From the NCBI GenBank assembly GCA_051530055.1, contig JBMGUZ010000042.1, positions 1-23,584 on the forward strand: a stretch of DNA of 23,584 nt. Reading direction: 5' to 3'. The notes beneath the pieces were generated by a model. It had not been told where the DNA came from. It did no database searches and worked only from the letters and a program-made list of their open reading frames with translations. A program made the translations under genes and the position numbers. Positions 21,061-23,584 of the stretch are shown here, piece by piece. Numbering within the stretch: the stretch's first letter is position 1; the number at the start of each line of letters is the position of its first letter. Origin of the DNA: Neoechinorhynchus agilis (Eukaryota > Animalia > Acanthocephala).

Positions 21061-21746
21061 GGACAATCGTTTTTACATTTAATTTCTAATTGATTTTACT
21101 ACACGTAAAGCCCGAATTATAAGGAGATCGCGCCCTGTAAGTAGCTTTCCCAACAAATATTGCACAATGAAGATTTTAGCTGAACGGTGTCCTGAATGTT
21201 TTCTGAAAACTTTAAACATGTCGCTATGTTTCGATGAATTCAAGAATGCGATCGCGGGTATTCTAAGAGTGATCGGGAGATGCTCTTGTCGTTATCGATT
21301 TTTGTCAGCTTTTATCGACAGCTATACTCCTTAAAGCAGCTATAAAACGTTTAAATAATTTGACTGGGTAATAAGTGAAATTGTTTCTATGTATAAAGAC
21401 GACATCTTAGTTTCTGTCTTGCTTTTCTTATATCCTTTTCATATCAAGATGAAGTCTTGATTGACGGCTTCTTTTCGTAACGATGAAATCGTTCCTTATT
21501 TATCGACATTAGCGGCTACCATGAAGTGTAATTTTAATGAGTATCATTTTTTTTAATTACAAATTTCGAAAAGTGCACATGTGTTAAAAGATAATTTCTA
21601 GCTTTTTCATCTATCGGGAGCGATTTTGCCGTATAACCGATTTCAAGATTTGTTAGTTTATGTGTGTTTTTCCGTCCATCTAACGAACTTCCAACCATGG
21701 GACATTCATTATCTATTGCCTATAAGCTACTTTGCTTCAGATTAAA

Positions 21747-23351
21747 ATGTCAAGAAAGACTTGCCTTACCACTTCTTCGTGCTTGTCCGCATCATCATTC
21801 GTCCTTGCTCCAATGGTAGAATATGGCCAACTTCCATTTCGACTACTAGTCCGCCGATATGGAATCGGTTTATGTTTCACGCCTATGTGGCACCCGCGTT
21901 TGTTTTTGACCGATGAATCATACCGCAAAATTGCTTTGACAAGTTCAGATGAAGATTATCCTCTTGTATACCAAGTAAGCAAACACAACCTCGTCTATTT
22001 TGTTTTTGTTTATTAAAAATTAACAAAAATGATTTAATTTTCATTTAATATTTCGTCCTCTACGTGGGACTTCAGAATTGTTTGTATACAACTAAGCTGA
22101 AGAATGAATTATTGTTTAGATTTACACCCGGTAAATCATTATTTATTAAAGAAGTTTCGAACCTCCGACGTTCCGACGAGGTTCGAAACGTCTTTAATAA
22201 AAATCATTTACCGGGTGTAGGCCTAAACAATAATTCCAATCACATTCCCCGGTACCTCACATATCGACATGTTCTGAAGAAGTCCCACGTAGAGGACGAA
22301 ATACTAAATTAAAATTAAATCATTTTTCTCAATTTCGAATGACCAAAATCAATCTATGGATAACATCTGTACAACAACCTTATCTATACTGATGACTGTG
22401 ATTTTAGTTTTGTGCAAATGATCCTGATTTGTTTGTTGAATGTGTACGACTAGTAAAAAGCGATTGCGTGGGTGTCGATTTAAATCTCGGGTGTCCTCAA
22501 AATATTGCAAGGCGTGGACATTATGGAGCGTTTCTTCAAGATGAGTGGAACCTTATTTCGGAAATAGTAGGCCGGGCTGCTAACATGGATCAAGCATGTG
22601 AGATTAGTGCCAAGATTCGTGTTTTTGACGACGTACACAAAAGTGTTCAATATGCACAGATGATCGAAAAAGCCGGCTGCTCTGTGTTAAGCGTTCACGG
22701 ACGAACAATCGATCAAAAAGGTCAATTCACGGGACTTGCCGATTGGAATAAAATTAAGAAGATCAGGTGGGTTTCAGTAATCTACTAATCTTTCCTCACC
22801 TTCGTAGAGAATCAATCGAAATTCCGGTCATCGCAAACGGAAATATTCGGTGTCTTGAAGATGCCCAAACTTGCCTTGAGTTAACTGGATGTAATGCGGT
22901 TATGGTGGCTGAGGGTGCGCTTTACAACCCTGCAATAATGACGGGTAAACATTTACCAATATGGGACATTGCCAATGAATTTTTGAGCATTGTTGATCAA
23001 AATCCAGTTCGGCGTCTTTCCGTGAGAGGATATTTCCACAAACTATTCGCAAACGTCTTTGAGCGACATCCTCTTCTGAGAGAACAGCTCAATATCACTC
23101 AATCAAACAAAGAGTTGCGCTTTATCGTCGCTAATATCGAAAAGGAAGTAATGTCCATAAATCAGGTACCATCGTCTAATCAACTAACGCCATTTAAAAT
23201 TCCATATTGGTTTTGTCAATCCAAAGTTATAAAGGATAAATGTGACTTTGTCATAGGACAATTCAAATTGGGACAAATTTTTGGTTGCTTTTATGGCATA
23301 GTTTTAGTGCTTCTGGAGGTAAAAACGTTCAATCGGCCACGATTAATTTAG
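21747..23351 (+). CDS. DUS1L: tRNA-dihydrouridine(16/17) synthase DUS1L
   Basis: Exons are 21747-21974, 22408-22766 and 22808-(23351, or an earlier splice), with GT-AG introns. Motifs are LAPMV, CFTPM, YQ|FCANDP, DLNLGCPQNIARRGHYGAFLQDEW, KIRVF, VHGRT..QKG, and IPVIANGNI. The C-terminus is uncertain. Confidence 0.95.
22049..22303. mobile_element. MITE with 24-bp perfect TIRs, TA flanks and a 131-bp internal palindrome, in DUS1L intron 1
   Basis: ATTTCGTCCTCTACGTGGGACTTC (22050-22073) is the exact reverse complement of 22279-22302. TA occurs at both ends. The inner palindrome spans 22106-22236 with a 12-nt loop. A second partial copy is at 8901-9028. Confidence 0.88.
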
Positions 23352-23584
23352 ATATTAAATTTACGGTCTGAAAGTAGGTGCTTTCTTACAGTTTAAAATG
23401 TTAGAAATTTATAATTGTTAATTGAGTACGATTTTATGCTCCTTAGCATGACTTTGTGATCTAAAATCAAATTATATCTAGTCGTTCAATTGTATTCAAG
23501 CAAACTTCCTCATGAAAAATGAGACTATTGAAATCTCTTAACGACAAAAGTCATATTTCTCCTTTGATAGAAAAGTCAAAACGA

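Overview
This is eukaryotic (animal) DNA from a compact, AT-rich genome with 41-57 nt minimal introns. It has no prokaryotic features or CRISPR. Positions 1-6030 hold about 26 copies of a ~232-bp tandem repeat. This array abuts a run of + strand genes: SWI5, a boudin-like Ly6/uPAR GPI protein, a myosin essential light chain, a CYB5R4-type cytochrome b5 domain gene, a CD225/dispanin gene, EDRF1 and DUS1L. Between them lie a decayed CRE-clade non-LTR retrotransposon (- strand), three different foldback/MITE elements, and four degenerate inverted fragments of an unknown coding sequence. The most notable signals are: (1) operon-like packing, with apparently unpaired splice acceptors just upstream of most start codons, suggesting spliced-leader trans-splicing; (2) a 57-nt myosin light chain intron with no canonical donor at the homology-predicted junction, flanked by a TAGA direct repeat and carrying imperfect terminal inverted repeats; (3) a GC-AG intron and a possible interleaved antisense gene at the Ly6 locus; (4) RFX X-box motifs next to the CD225 gene and an orphan ORF. 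All family assignments come from recalled motif similarity. No database searches were run.
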